Below, piece after piece: positions 29,098 through 39,559 of a stretch of 64,000 nucleotides of DNA (positions are counted from its first letter, which is position 1; the number at the start of each line of letters is the position of its first letter). The stretch is taken from assembly GCA_025930755.1 (NCBI GenBank), contig JAICOJ010000006.1, positions 7,109 to 71,108 on the forward strand, given 5' to 3'. This DNA comes from Gemmatimonadaceae bacterium (GTDB lineage Bacteria > Gemmatimonadota > Gemmatimonadetes > Gemmatimonadales > Gemmatimonadaceae). A program made the translations under genes and the position numbers. Below the pieces are notes generated by a model. The model was not told the origin of the DNA. It worked only from the letters and a program-made list of their open reading frames with translations, and ran no database searches.

Positions 29098-30762
29098 ATG
29101 CATTTGCGCTCCCTTCTCGTGCTCGCCCTGTCCGCCATCGTGGCGTGCCGCGCCACCGACCGCAGCGATGCCGACGCCGGCGGCACCCTGATCATGACCG
29201 TTGCCGCGGAGCCCGACGCACTGCTGCCGATCACCACCACCAGCGTGGCAGGGAATCAGGTGGCCGACATCATCTTCGAGCGACTGGCCGAGCCCGGCGA
29301 CTCGATGAACACGCGAGGGGATGGCGGGTTCGAGCCGGAGCTGGCGGAGAGCTGGACGTGGGCACCGGACTCGCTTTCGATCGCGTTCAAGCTGCACCCC
29401 AAGGCCAGGTGGCACGACGGTCAGCCGGTGACGGCGCGCGATGTCGCGTTCAGCTTCGACATCCACAAGGATCCCGAGGTCGGCTCCTCGGTTGCACCGC
29501 TGCTCGCGCGCATCGATTCGGTCACCGTCCGCGACTCGCTCACCGCGGTCGTCTGGTATCGGCAACGGTATCCGGAGCAGTTCCTCGACGCCGCGTTTCA
29601 GGTGCGCATCCACCCCGAGCACTGGCTCGGCAAGGTGAAGCGGTCGGAGTACACCACGTCACCCGTGGTCCGGTCGCCCGTGGGCAGCGGGCGCTTCAAG
29701 TTTGCGCGGTGGGAGCCGGGTACGCTCGTCGAGGTGGTCGCGAACACCGACCATTACCGCCGTCGGCCGCATCTCGATCGCATTCTCTGGACGATCGCGC
29801 CCGACTTCAACACGTCTGCGGCGCGACTCTTCAGCGGCGAGGCGGATTATCTGGAGTATCTGCGCCCGGAGAACGTCGAGGAGATCAAGAAGCATCCGGA
29901 GCTGGCGATAACGCGGTACGGCTCGCTCGACTACGGCTTCATGTGGTTCAACCTCCGGGACCCCCGCAACAACGCTCGACCCCATCCCATTTTCGGCGAC
30001 GTCGGCGTTCGCCGTGCGCTCTCGATGGCGGTGGATCGCGAGAAGGCGGTGAAGAACGTGCTCGGTGATCTCGGCTTCGTCTCGGTGGGTCCGCTGCCGA
30101 GAGCACACTTGTACGGCGACACCACGTTGAAGACGCCAGGCTATGATCTGGAAGGTGCGAAGCGTCTGCTGGATTCGCTGGGATGGCGCGACGCCAACGG
30201 CGACGGAATTCGCGAGAAGGGCGGTCGCCAACTGCGCTTCTCGCTGGCGGCACCCACATCGAGCCAGACCCGTATCCGCTTGTCGGTGGTGCTGCAGTCG
30301 ATGCTGCGCGAGGCGGGAGCGCGCGTGGAGCTCGACCACATGGAGATCCGCGCGTTCCAGGAGCTCCTGGTTCGCAAGCGGTGGGATGCCGCCATGCAGG
30401 CGTGGCGCACGGATCCCACACCGTCGAGCATCATTCAGACCTGGGGGATCCCGTCGATCAAGGACGGCGTCAACTTCGGCTCGTATGAGAACCCGACGTT
30501 CGACGCCGCGATCGATAGCGCGACGTCGTCGATGGATGCGCGCCGCGCCCAGGAGCACTACAGGCGCGCGTACGAGACGATCATCGGCGATGCTCCGGCG
30601 ATCTGGCTGTACGAGCCGGTGAACGCGGCGGGCCATCACAGCCGGATCAAGGTGGCGCCAATGCGACCCGATGCGTGGTGGACCCGTATTCACGACTGGC
30701 ACATCCCTCGTAACGAGCGCATCCCGCGCGATAACATCGGGCTGCGCGCCGCCACCCCCTAG
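29098..30762 (+). CDS. ABC transporter substrate-binding protein, family 5 (peptide/nickel)
   Basis: The lipoprotein signal is MHLRSLLVLALSAIVAC-R. The family-5 SBP layout is recognisable (e.g. KWHDGQPVTARDVAFS). The ATG at 29098 lies within track ORF 28885..30762. Confidence 0.85.
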   Translation: MHLRSLLVLALSAIVACRATDRSDADAGGTLIMTVAAEPDALLPITTTSVAGNQVADIIFERLAEPGDSMNTRGDGGFEPELAESWTWAPDSLSIAFKLHPKARWHDGQPVTARDVAFSFDIHKDPEVGSSVAPLLARIDSVTVRDSLTAVVWYRQRYPEQFLDAAFQVRIHPEHWLGKVKRSEYTTSPVVRSPVGSGRFKFARWEPGTLVEVVANTDHYRRRPHLDRILWTIAPDFNTSAARLFSGEADYLEYLRPENVEEIKKHPELAITRYGSLDYGFMWFNLRDPRNNARPHPIFGDVGVRRALSMAVDREKAVKNVLGDLGFVSVGPLPRAHLYGDTTLKTPGYDLEGAKRLLDSLGWRDANGDGIREKGGRQLRFSLAAPTSSQTRIRLSVVLQSMLREAGARVELDHMEIRAFQELLVRKRWDAAMQAWRTDPTPSSIIQTWGIPSIKDGVNFGSYENPTFDAAIDSATSSMDARRAQEHYRRAYETIIGDAPAIWLYEPVNAAGHHSRIKVAPMRPDAWWTRIHDWHIPRNERIPRDNIGLRAATP

Positions 30763-30764
30763 CG

Positions 30765-31751
30765 ATGCGGGCCCTGGTCGCCCGCCGGCTGCTCCAGGCC
30801 GCCGTCATCGTCGCAATCGCGGCGACGACGGCGTTTCTGCTGGTGCAGCTCGCGCCCGGCGACCCACTGGGCGACCTGATAGAGAACCCACGCGTCCCAC
30901 CGGAAGTGCGGGAGCGCTTGCGCGCGCGCTGGGGCCTCGATCGGCCGATGCACGAGCAATACGCGCTCTATCTGCGGAATCTCGCGCGCGGTGACCTCGG
31001 GTGGTCGTTTTCGCAAGGTCGCCCCGTCGGCGAGGCCATCGCGGCCGCGCTGCCTAACACGCTGCTGCTCATGAGCGTCGCCCTGATCGGGGCATTCGTG
31101 CTCGGCGTGGCGGCCGGCGTCATCCGCGCGGGGCGGCGCGGGTCGGTGGCCGATCGCGCCCTCGGCGCGGGAACGCTCGTGTTCTACTCGATGCCCGACT
31201 TCTGGCTCGCGATCATGGCAATGCTGGTGTTCGCGTACTGGATCCCGGTGTTCCCGACGTCGGGGATGACGACCGCGGTCGTGTACGACTATCTCTCTCC
31301 CCTCGGAAAGGTGATCGACCGGCTTCGCCATCTTGTCCTGCCGGCGACGACACTGGTGCTCCTGCTCGCCGCGATCATCGCGCGCTATCAGCGCGCTGCG
31401 TTTCTCGATGTCGCCACGCAGGACTTCGTGCGAACGGCGCGCGCCAAGGGGCTGCCGGAGCGGGCGGTGCTCTGGCGTCACGTCCTCAGGAATGCTCTCC
31501 TGCCGGTGATTACGCTTCTGGGGCTGGCGCTGCCCATGCTCGTCGGGGGAGCCGTGTTCATCGAGCAGGTCTTCGCGTGGCCCGGCATTGGTCGCCTGGC
31601 GGTCGCCGCCATCGCCGCGCGGGACCACTCGCTGGTGATGGCCATCGTGGTCATGGGAAGCGTGCTCGTGACGTTAGGCAGCCTCCTGGCCGATCTCCTC
31701 TACGCGGTCGCCGACCCGCGCCTTCGCCTGCACGCCCCGACGCACGCATGA
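30765..31751 (+). CDS. ABC transporter permease (DppB/OppB-like)
   Basis: It is a multi-TM protein with the EAA-type loop FVRTARAKGLPERAVLWRHVLRNA. Confidence 0.9.
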   Translation: MRALVARRLLQAAVIVAIAATTAFLLVQLAPGDPLGDLIENPRVPPEVRERLRARWGLDRPMHEQYALYLRNLARGDLGWSFSQGRPVGEAIAAALPNTLLLMSVALIGAFVLGVAAGVIRAGRRGSVADRALGAGTLVFYSMPDFWLAIMAMLVFAYWIPVFPTSGMTTAVVYDYLSPLGKVIDRLRHLVLPATTLVLLLAAIIARYQRAAFLDVATQDFVRTARAKGLPERAVLWRHVLRNALLPVITLLGLALPMLVGGAVFIEQVFAWPGIGRLAVAAIAARDHSLVMAIVVMGSVLVTLGSLLADLLYAVADPRLRLHAPTHA

Positions 31752-32692
31752 CGGTCGTCCTCTGGCTGGTGGCGATCGCGCTCGCGGCGGCGGTCGCCGC
31801 GGCCGTTGGGCGCGTGTGGGCACGCCTGGGCGCCGGAGGCGGGCCCTGGGGGACTGCGCTCAGTCGGCTGCAGCGCAACGCGGGCGGTATGGTGGCGCTG
31901 CGCTTTCTCATCTTCGTGGCATCGGTCGCCATCTTCGCCCGGTGGCTCGCGCCGTTCGATCCGAATGTTCAGCTCGACATCATCGCGCTCGCCTCACGTC
32001 CGCCGAGCCTCGCGCACCCGTTCGGCACGGACATCTATAGCCGGGACGTGCTGAGCCGTCTCGTCCACGGCGCGCGTATCTCGCTGGCGGTGGCCCTGCT
32101 CGCCGTCCTGCTCTCGATCACCGTCGGCACGGCGTACGGCGCGATCGCCGGCTACCTCGGCGGCCGGGTCGACGCAGTGATGATGCGTGTCATCGACGCG
32201 ATGCTGTCGATTCCGAGAATCCTGGTCCTACTGGCCATCTTCGCCTTGTGGGGACGCGTTTCCCTCGGCGCGCTGGTGCTCATCCTGGGGCTCACCGGCT
32301 GGTTCTCGACCAGCCGGCTCGTTCGCGCCCAGGTACTCCAGCTCAAGACGGAAGAGATGGTCGTGGCTGCGCGCGCACTGGGCGCCCGTCATCGACGCAT
32401 TCTCTGGCGGCACATTCTTCCCGGCGTCACGTCGACCGTGGTCGTGGCCGCCACCCTCGGCATCGGCAACGTCATCATACTCGAGGCCGGCCTGTCGTTC
32501 CTGGGGGTCGGGGTACAGGCGCCGACCGCGAGCTGGGGCAACATCATCGCCGACGGGTCGAGCAACGTCGCCGGCATGTGGTGGATGTCGCTCTTTCCCG
32601 GGCTGGCGATCGTGCTGACGGTCATGGCGTTCAACATCATCGGCGATGCCTTGCGGGACGCGCTCGACCCGAGGGAGATTCAGCCCGCATGA
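31748..32692 (+). CDS. ABC transporter permease (DppC/OppC-like)
   Basis: The ATG at 31748 overlaps the preceding stop as ATGA. The loop [21 protein letters not shown] is present. Confidence 0.9.
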   Translation: MTVVLWLVAIALAAAVAAAVGRVWARLGAGGGPWGTALSRLQRNAGGMVALRFLIFVASVAIFARWLAPFDPNVQLDIIALASRPPSLAHPFGTDIYSRDVLSRLVHGARISLAVALLAVLLSITVGTAYGAIAGYLGGRVDAVMMRVIDAMLSIPRILVLLAIFALWGRVSLGALVLILGLTGWFSTSRLVRAQVLQLKTEEMVVAARALGARHRRILWRHILPGVTSTVVVAATLGIGNVIILEAGLSFLGVGVQAPTASWGNIIADGSSNVAGMWWMSLFPGLAIVLTVMAFNIIGDALRDALDPREIQPA

Positions 32693-33729
32693 CGACCCCG
32701 GGAACCGGGCCGCGGCCCTTGCTGACCGTTCGCGACCTTCGAACCTACTTCCGCACCGACGCCGGTGTCGCGCGCGCGGTGGACGGAGTCTCGTTCGAGG
32801 TGATGCCGCGCGAGACGATTGGAATCGTCGGCGAGTCCGGGTGCGGCAAGTCGGTCACGTCGCTCTCCATCATGCGCCTGATCCGCCCGCCCGGAACGAT
32901 CGAGCCGGGCAGCGTCGTCGAGTTCGAAGGACGCAACGTGCTCGAGCTTCCCGAGGGCGAGATGCGACAGATCCGCGGCAACCGGATCGCAATGATCTTT
33001 CAGGAGCCGATGACGTCGCTCAATCCGGTCTTCACCGTCGGAGAGCAGATCGCGGAGGTCGCGCGGGTTCACGCGCACGCGACGCGCCGCGACGCGCGGG
33101 ATCGTGCCGTGGAAATGCTTCAGCTGACCGGCATTCCCGCCCCGGCGCAGCGCGCCAGGGAATATCCGCATCAGCTCTCCGGCGGCATGCGGCAGCGCGT
33201 GATGATCGCGATGGCACTGGTCATGAACCCGACACTGCTCATCGCCGATGAGCCCACGACCGCCCTCGACGTCACCATCCAGGCGCAGATCCTCGAGCTG
33301 CTGCAGCAGCTCCAGGAGCGGTTCGCGATGTCGATCATCCTGATCACGCACGATCTTGGCGTGATCGCCGAGATGGCGCAGCGCGTCCTCGTGATGTATG
33401 CGGGGGAGATCGTCGAGCAGGCGTCGGTGAGCGAGTTGTTCGCGCGGCCCCATCACCCCTACACGGAAGGGCTGCTCGCGGCGATGCCGACGCTGGGCGC
33501 CGCGCGCTCGCGCCTCGCGGTGATACCGGGCACCGTTCCGGCCCCGACACGGTGGCCGGCGGGGTGTCGCTTTCACGACCGCTGTCGTTATGCATGGGAC
33601 CGTCCGGAGCGAGAGCATCCGCCGCTGTACGAGGTGGGAGCGGCCCACTGGTCGCGCTGCTTCCTCGCCGAGGAGCCTGCCCGTCGCCACCCGCTCACAG
33701 ACCTGAAGGCGGCGGGAGGCGGCGCGTGA
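32689..33729 (+). CDS. ABC transporter ATP-binding protein (DppD/OppD-like)
   Basis: It has [27 protein letters not shown] and a C-terminal oligopeptide-type extension. The start overlaps the preceding stop as ATGA. Confidence 0.9.
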   Translation: MTTPGTGPRPLLTVRDLRTYFRTDAGVARAVDGVSFEVMPRETIGIVGESGCGKSVTSLSIMRLIRPPGTIEPGSVVEFEGRNVLELPEGEMRQIRGNRIAMIFQEPMTSLNPVFTVGEQIAEVARVHAHATRRDARDRAVEMLQLTGIPAPAQRAREYPHQLSGGMRQRVMIAMALVMNPTLLIADEPTTALDVTIQAQILELLQQLQERFAMSIILITHDLGVIAEMAQRVLVMYAGEIVEQASVSELFARPHHPYTEGLLAAMPTLGAARSRLAVIPGTVPAPTRWPAGCRFHDRCRYAWDRPEREHPPLYEVGAAHWSRCFLAEEPARRHPLTDLKAAGGGA

Positions 33730-34790
33730 GCCGGTCGCTCCTCTCCGTACGCGATCTGGTCAAGCACTTTCCCATCACCCGCGGCGTCTTCGGACGCACT
33801 GTCGGCGCGGTGCGGGCGGTGGACGGGATCTCCTTCGACGTGAAGGAGGGCGAGACGCTCGGCCTCGTTGGTGAATCGGGGTGCGGCAAGACAACGGCCG
33901 GCCGAGCCATTCTTCGTCTCATCGAGCCCACGGCGGGACAGGTCACCTTCGACGGCGTGGATGTCCTCGCGCTCGATGCGCCGCGTCTGCGCGCACTGCG
34001 GCGCCGCATGCAGATCGTCTTTCAGGATCCCTTCTCGTCGCTCAACCCACGGATGACGGTGGGCGCCATCGTGCGCGAAGGGCTGATCATCCATCGGCTC
34101 GCCGAGGGAGCCGCGGCGCAGGCCCGGGTGAAGCAGCTCCTCGAGGAAGTCGGCCTGCGCGCCGAATACGCGAATCGATACCCGCACGAGTTCTCCGGGG
34201 GCCAGCGCCAACGCATCGGCATCGCTCGCGCGCTCGCGGTGGAGCCGCGGTTCATCGTGTGCGATGAGCCCGTCTCCGCGCTCGACGTGTCCGTGCAGGC
34301 ACAGGTCATCAACCTGCTTCAGGACCTGCAGCGAGATCGCGGTCTCACCTACCTGTTCATTGCGCACGATCTCTCGGTGGTGGAGCATGTAGCGACACGC
34401 GTAGCCGTGATGTACCTCGGCCACATCGTCGAGCTCGCCGCGGCCGACGACTTGTACGCCGAGCCACTGATGCCATACACACAGGCGCTGTTGTCGGCGG
34501 TTCCCATCCCTGACCCGAGCCGGCGAAAGCAGCGGATCGTGCTCACCGGTGATGTCCCCTCGCCGGCTGACCCACCGCCGGGATGTCCGTTCCATCCGCG
34601 GTGCCATCATCCCGCGAAGGACGTCGCTTGCACGCGAATCATTCCGCCACTCGAGACGAAGGCGGACGGGCATCTCGTCGCATGCATCAAGCAGCTCCCG
34701 ACGCGGATCACATGGGAAGAACAACAGGCCGCCGGCGCAACGATGCCCCCCGAGCGCTACGTTCCCCTGGCACTCGCCACGCGCAGCTGA
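33726..34790 (+). CDS. ABC transporter ATP-binding protein (DppF/OppF-like)
   Basis: It has [17 protein letters not shown] and [11 protein letters not shown]. The GTG at 33726 overlaps the preceding stop as GTGA. Confidence 0.9.
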   Translation: MSRSLLSVRDLVKHFPITRGVFGRTVGAVRAVDGISFDVKEGETLGLVGESGCGKTTAGRAILRLIEPTAGQVTFDGVDVLALDAPRLRALRRRMQIVFQDPFSSLNPRMTVGAIVREGLIIHRLAEGAAAQARVKQLLEEVGLRAEYANRYPHEFSGGQRQRIGIARALAVEPRFIVCDEPVSALDVSVQAQVINLLQDLQRDRGLTYLFIAHDLSVVEHVATRVAVMYLGHIVELAAADDLYAEPLMPYTQALLSAVPIPDPSRRKQRIVLTGDVPSPADPPPGCPFHPRCHHPAKDVACTRIIPPLETKADGHLVACIKQLPTRITWEEQQAAGATMPPERYVPLALATRS

Positions 34791-34818
34791 CCCTCACCCG
34801 AGCTAGCGAGGAATTCTC

Positions 34819-36384
34819 GTGACGTCTCCCGTCAACGCCGGCGCGACTACGCTCGACCAGCCGCCGTCGCTCGATCGCCGGTTCTTCGGACATCCGCGAG
34901 GCCTGGCCACACTCTTCTTCACCGAGATGTGGGAGCGCTTCTCGTATTACGGCCTGCGTCCGCTGCTCGTGCTCTTCATGACGGCGGCGCTCGCGAGCGG
35001 CGGGTTCGGCTTCGACCGAACGGAGGCCTCGGCGATCGTCGGCATCTACGCCGCGAGCGTGTATCTCGCGTCGCTCCCTGGCGGGTGGGTGGCCGATCGA
35101 CTCCTCGGCTTACGACGCGCCATTCAGTTTGGCGCCGTCTTCATCTCGGCGGGCCACATCAGCATCGCCCTGTCCGCGCTCGCCGGATCGAAGCTGCCGT
35201 TCTTCCTCGGCCTCATCCTCATCGTCATCGGCACCGGGCTGCTCAAGCCGAATATCTCGGCGATCGTCGGCGACCTGTATCCGGAAGGTGGAGCCCGGCG
35301 GGACGCAGGGTTCGCGATCTTCTACATGGGCATCAACATCGGCGCGACCGTTGGCCAGATCGTCACCGGGGTGTTAGGCGAGAAGGTGGGCTGGCACTGG
35401 GGGTTTGGCGCGGCCGGTGTGGGAATGCTGCTCGGCCTCCTGGTATACACGCTACGGGCACCGAGGACGCTCGGAAGCATTGGATTGGAGCCGACGCGAG
35501 ATCCCGACGCGGAGCGACAGGGCAGGCAGGAGCGCAACGTGAAGCTCACGGTGGCGATCGGACTCGGAGCACTCGCCCTCGCGATCGTGCTGGTGGCCAC
35601 CGGGTTCGTCACGGTCAGCGCCTCGGCGATCGCGGAGTCGATGACCTACGTGCTCGTCGGCACCGCGGTGCTCTACTTCGCGTACATCTTCGCTGCCGGG
35701 GGCCTCACGAGCGACGAGAAAAAGCGCGTGGTGGTGATCTTCGTTCTCTTCCTTTTTGCGGCGGTGTTCTGGGCCGCGTTCGAGCAGGCGCCGACGTCGC
35801 TCAACCTCTTCGCGAGGGACTTCACCGATCGCCAGATCGGTGGGTTCGAGGTTCCGTCGACCTGGTTCCAGTCCGTCAACTCGGGGTTCATCATCCTGCT
35901 CTCCCCGGTCTTCGCCGCGCTCTGGATGACGCTTGGCCGGCGAGGGATCGACCTCTCCAGCCCGGCGAAGTTCGCCATGGGACTGCTGCTCGCCGGCATC
36001 GGCTTCTGGATGATGATCGGCGCCGCGAACATCATCCTGGAGGGCGGTCCGGGCACGCGCGTCTCCGCCTGGTGGCTCGTTGGCAGCTACTTCTTCCAGA
36101 CGCTCGGCGAGCTGTTTCTGAGCCCGGTGGGTCTTTCGTCGATGACCAAGCTCTCGCCGAGAAAGTACGTCGGCCAGATGATGGGCATCTGGTTCCTCGC
36201 AACCGCGGTCGGCAACCTCATCGCGGGTCTGGCGGGCGGACACATCGATCCCGAACGGCTCGAGCAGATGCCGAGGCTGTTCACGATCACGACCGTATTC
36301 CTCATGGCGGCGGCCGCCGTTCTCGCCCTGCTGATCGTGCCGATTCGCCGCATGATGGCGACGACGAGGAATACTCAACTATGA
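34819..36384 (+). CDS. Proton-dependent oligopeptide transporter (POT/PTR2 family)
   Basis: Supporting sequences are FFTEMWERFSYYGLRPLLVLF and GGWVADRLLG. It is polytopic. Confidence 0.9.
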   Translation: MTSPVNAGATTLDQPPSLDRRFFGHPRGLATLFFTEMWERFSYYGLRPLLVLFMTAALASGGFGFDRTEASAIVGIYAASVYLASLPGGWVADRLLGLRRAIQFGAVFISAGHISIALSALAGSKLPFFLGLILIVIGTGLLKPNISAIVGDLYPEGGARRDAGFAIFYMGINIGATVGQIVTGVLGEKVGWHWGFGAAGVGMLLGLLVYTLRAPRTLGSIGLEPTRDPDAERQGRQERNVKLTVAIGLGALALAIVLVATGFVTVSASAIAESMTYVLVGTAVLYFAYIFAAGGLTSDEKKRVVVIFVLFLFAAVFWAAFEQAPTSLNLFARDFTDRQIGGFEVPSTWFQSVNSGFIILLSPVFAALWMTLGRRGIDLSSPAKFAMGLLLAGIGFWMMIGAANIILEGGPGTRVSAWWLVGSYFFQTLGELFLSPVGLSSMTKLSPRKYVGQMMGIWFLATAVGNLIAGLAGGHIDPERLEQMPRLFTITTVFLMAAAAVLALLIVPIRRMMATTRNTQL

Positions 36385-37055
36385 GCCGGTGGTGCGTTGC
36401 AGCTGGGATGAGCGCGGTGTGCGTGGCGGCGGCGTGTACGCCATCACCGCGCGGGATGCAGCCGGTCGAGGCCACCGCGGCAAGAATGAGTGCGCCCCTG
36501 GGGCGGACGCAGCAGCAGGGGCGGGTCGTCATCACGCGCGCGACGATCGAGATCGAGGTCGAAGCGGTCGCGCCAGCAATCGAGCAGGCGACGCGCCTTG
36601 CGCAGCTGTTCGAAGGCTACGTCGAGAACGCGACGACGAGAGAGGATAAATCGGCCTATCTGAGGCTCCGCGTTCCTTCATCGCGCCTCAGCGAAGCGCT
36701 GGACTCGCTCGGTCGTGTGGGCAGGGTCACCGGCCGCAGCCTGTCCCAGGATGATGTCACCGCCCAGTCGGTAGACCTCGAGGCGCGTGTCGCGAGCTTT
36801 CGCGCCGCGCGCGACAAGCTCCGTGAGCTGCTGGATCGGGCAACTTCGGTTGCCGACGCCGTTGCCGCCCAGGGAGAGCTTGCGCGCGTCCAGGCGGAGC
36901 TCGACAGTCTCGAGGCTCAGCTGAAAACGCTGCAGAGCTCCGTCGCGCTCTCCGAGCTCACGGTCACGCTGAACCGGCGCCTCGTCCTCGGCCCCCTCGG
37001 CCTCGTCGCTTCGGGCCTCGCCAAGGTGATCGGCAAGCTGTTCGTGTGGCGTTAG
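36381..37055 (+). CDS. DUF4349-like lipoprotein
   Basis: The lipobox reads VCVAAAC-T. A coiled-coil segment is followed by a C-terminal TM helix. The ATG at 36381 overlaps the POT stop as ATGA. This is only the last third of the 708-aa track ORF. Confidence 0.6.
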   Translation: MSRWCVAAGMSAVCVAAACTPSPRGMQPVEATAARMSAPLGRTQQQGRVVITRATIEIEVEAVAPAIEQATRLAQLFEGYVENATTREDKSAYLRLRVPSSRLSEALDSLGRVGRVTGRSLSQDDVTAQSVDLEARVASFRAARDKLRELLDRATSVADAVAAQGELARVQAELDSLEAQLKTLQSSVALSELTVTLNRRLVLGPLGLVASGLAKVIGKLFVWR

Positions 37056-37058
37056 GCA

Positions 37059-38738
37059 TCACGGCCAGTTGAATACGCTGGCCGGCACCGACCGTTCCCG
37101 ACTCCTGCTCGCATCACCCGGCTCGCGCCAGTCGCGCCCGGCCACCAGGTGCGTGAGTCGGGCCTCCCATCTCGAGTTCGGATCCCCCTGCATCGGCACG
37201 GCAATGTCCAGCCGCCACGTGCGCTTCGAACGTGGGGGAATGGCCGCGAGGACGCTCGCACCCGCGGAGTAGCGCACCGGGGTATCCACGCCATAGGGGG
37301 CGTCGCCCTTCCACACACGCCCCGCGTCGGCGAACACCGCCACGCCGATATCCGCCTGTCGCAGAAGCTGACCCACATACCAGCGGTCTTCGAAGCGTGC
37401 CACGGCGCGTCGCGCACCCGCCTCTTCCGAGCGGCGGTAGCCGCGCACGCCCCCGGGGGCCGAGCCCAGGTTCAACTGGAAGGGAATGCGTTGGCGCCAT
37501 CCCCCCGACCAGTCGAGCGATGCGGTCACGGTGTGACGCGTCGAGACTCGCCGAATTCCTGCTATCCGCGCGCTTCCGAGCACGCCGTCCCAGCGATTCG
37601 TGTCGTAGTTCTGCCGCCCTTCCCCCCGCGCGATGAGCATGACGATCCCCCTCTCGCCTCCGACGGCCCCGTAGAGATCGGCCGCGAGCAGATAGTCATC
37701 GTCGGTGGTGTTGAGGATCGACAGGCTGCGGCCAATCAGAGTCCCGAGCTGGAAGCCGAGCCGGATGTCCTGGGTTGCGGTGAGCCCTTCGAAGCGCTCG
37801 ACACGCTGGAATCGCACGTTGCGAAGCCCCCAGAGGGCGTTGACTCTGGCGTTGCGTCGCCCGGCATGGCGCGCGAGCAGGGAGTCATAGTCGAATCCGG
37901 GGATCGCCGTCGGTGGCAGAAATGGAGTGTCTTCCTCCTGGGAAAACGAGACGCCGAACAGGCTCAAGCGACCCGGCAGACCGACGCGCACGACGGCGCC
38001 GAGGTCGATGAACTTCCGCTCGAACGCGAAGGGAATTCGCTCGGCGTCCGTGCGACGAAACTCGAAGAGCTCGCGAATGCCACCCGTCGAGGCGCGCCAT
38101 GCAAAGCGCTGCTGGTCGGTGAAGAACGGATGCGAGAGGTCGGCAGTCCAATCGGCCATGTCGTGATCGCGCCGCGCGTACGCCGCCGCGAGCACGTAGT
38201 GACGCCCCAGGAACTGGTGGTCGACGCCCTGAATCGCGTAGGTGTCGCGCGACGTGCCGTCCCTCCACTGTCCGGCGAGGTAGGTGCCGCTCCCGAGCAG
38301 ATTTCCCTCACCGAGCTTGAGCGCTGTGATGCGCGCGCCGGATGTGGAGACACCGAGGACGGGTGTGAGCTCGTCGCGCGTCTCGACGAGCAGCGCAACC
38401 GTGCCCGCGGTATCGGGGATGACCGCGATGCTCGCATCGGCGAGGAACGGTTGAGCGCGCAGAATACGCTCCGACTCCGCGCGCTCCAGCTCGATGCAGG
38501 GTCGGCCTTCCTTGACGATGAGAAATCGTCGGATGACGCTCGGCTGCGTCGTCGTATGCAAGTCGGTGGCGAAGCGGAGCGGCGCCTCCCACCACCGCGT
38601 GCCCAGCGCTTCGTAGGGGCCGTGGGTGACGATGGAGACGTCGGAAATGATCTCGCCCTGGCACCGCGTCGTCTGCGCGCCAGCGCTGCCGGCCATGGCC
38701 GCGATGACCGCGACCCCCCACGAACGAGCGACTGGCAC
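37059..38738 (-). CDS. Omp85/BamA-TamA-family outer-membrane protein (single POTRA-like region plus beta-barrel)
   Basis: The signal peptide ends AGSAGA-QT. A POTRA-like stretch reads VIRRFLIVKEGRPC...RILRAQPFLADASIAV. The C-terminal region has an alternating beta-strand pattern. Confidence 0.55.
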   Translation of the reverse strand: MPVARSWGVAVIAAMAGSAGAQTTRCQGEIISDVSIVTHGPYEALGTRWWEAPLRFATDLHTTTQPSVIRRFLIVKEGRPCIELERAESERILRAQPFLADASIAVIPDTAGTVALLVETRDELTPVLGVSTSGARITALKLGEGNLLGSGTYLAGQWRDGTSRDTYAIQGVDHQFLGRHYVLAAAYARRDHDMADWTADLSHPFFTDQQRFAWRASTGGIRELFEFRRTDAERIPFAFERKFIDLGAVVRVGLPGRLSLFGVSFSQEEDTPFLPPTAIPGFDYDSLLARHAGRRNARVNALWGLRNVRFQRVERFEGLTATQDIRLGFQLGTLIGRSLSILNTTDDDYLLAADLYGAVGGERGIVMLIARGEGRQNYDTNRWDGVLGSARIAGIRRVSTRHTVTASLDWSGGWRQRIPFQLNLGSAPGGVRGYRRSEEAGARRAVARFEDRWYVGQLLRQADIGVAVFADAGRVWKGDAPYGVDTPVRYSAGASVLAAIPPRSKRTWRLDIAVPMQGDPNSRWEARLTHLVAGRDWREPGDASRSRERSVPASVFNWP

Positions 38739-38741
38739 CCG

Positions 38742-39281
38742 CTACTTCCCCATCCGGCGCTTGAGCTCGTCGAGCTGACGCTGGGCAGTCGCGTCTCGCG
38801 CGGCCCGGTCGATGTCGCGACGTAGCGCGTCGCCCTCCGCCCGCGCCTCCTCGAGCGGATCCGGCATCGGCGAGGGCGAAGCGACGTCAGGGGGCGCGAC
38901 ACCGGCATAGGCCGCGCGCAGCTGCGACGTCATGTCATCGATCTCGTGCTCGGCGAGCGCCAGTTCCTCCTGCTGCGCCGCGAGCTTCTTCTCCAGCACG
39001 GCGACCCGCTCGCCGTGCTTCCGCTCGTACTGCTCGGCGATGCGCACGGTCTCGCGGTCATCGATGTCGGCGGCGAGCTTCCCGCGCCGGCGCACGGTAT
39101 CGAGCTCCGCCCGCTCGGCTTCGAGTCGCGCGCGCGTGCGCTCGACGCCCTGACGCAAGTCCGCGAGACCGACCTTCGCCTGCACGAGCGCATCGCGCAT
39201 TTGTGCAAGAGCCGCGCGCCCTTGCGGAGAGGACGCGCGGCTCAGGGCGTCGCGCAGCGTCTCTTTCAAGCGCTCGAACAT
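38742..39281 (-). CDS. Coiled-coil protein (possibly PspA/IM30-like)
   Basis: It starts at MFERLKETLRD... and has heptad-rich helical sequence. It lies 27 nt downstream of the FmdB-like ORF. The ATG is at 39281. Confidence 0.5.
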   Translation of the reverse strand: MFERLKETLRDALSRASSPQGRAALAQMRDALVQAKVGLADLRQGVERTRARLEAERAELDTVRRRGKLAADIDDRETVRIAEQYERKHGERVAVLEKKLAAQQEELALAEHEIDDMTSQLRAAYAGVAPPDVASPSPMPDPLEEARAEGDALRRDIDRAARDATAQRQLDELKRRMGK

Positions 39282-39309
39282 CGCCGCGCGCGCGAGGGGG
39301 GGCGCGGGG

Positions 39310-39474
39310 TCACGACTTGCGGGGGGTCTTCGCGTAGAAGCTCGACATGACACGCTCCACTTCCTGCGACTTGCATTGTGGGCATGTCGCCGCTCCCGCA
39401 TTGTGCTCGGCAATCTTCTCGCGTGTCGTGAACTGTTGGCCGCACTTCCGGCATCGATAATCGTAGCTTGGCAT
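39310..39474 (-). CDS. FmdB-family zinc-ribbon protein (54 aa, absent from track)
   Basis: My hand translation is MPSYDYRCRKCGQQFTTREKIAEHNAGAATCPQCKSQEVERVMSSFYAKTPRKS. It has the MPxY(D/E)YxCxxCG...CPxC architecture of the FmdB family. Confidence 0.75.
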   Translation of the reverse strand: MPSYDYRCRKCGQQFTTREKIAEHNAGAATCPQCKSQEVERVMSSFYAKTPRKS

Positions 39475-39559
39475 GACGCCCCCGGGTCGAATGGTCCGCC
39501 CGTGTAGGATACTCGGAGAGCGTCCGCGCGCAAGCGTTTCGGGGGGCGCCGTGCCGTGC

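Noticed and set aside
34929-36380. First two-thirds of the 708-aa plus-strand ORF (34929..37055)
   Set aside because: It is an out-of-frame read-through of the POT transporter gene with an Arg/Gly-rich translation. Only 36381-37055 (the DUF4349-like lipoprotein) is credible.
37149-38825. 558-aa plus-strand ORF
   Set aside because: It is antisense to the Omp85-like gene. It is Arg-rich with no signal peptide or motifs.
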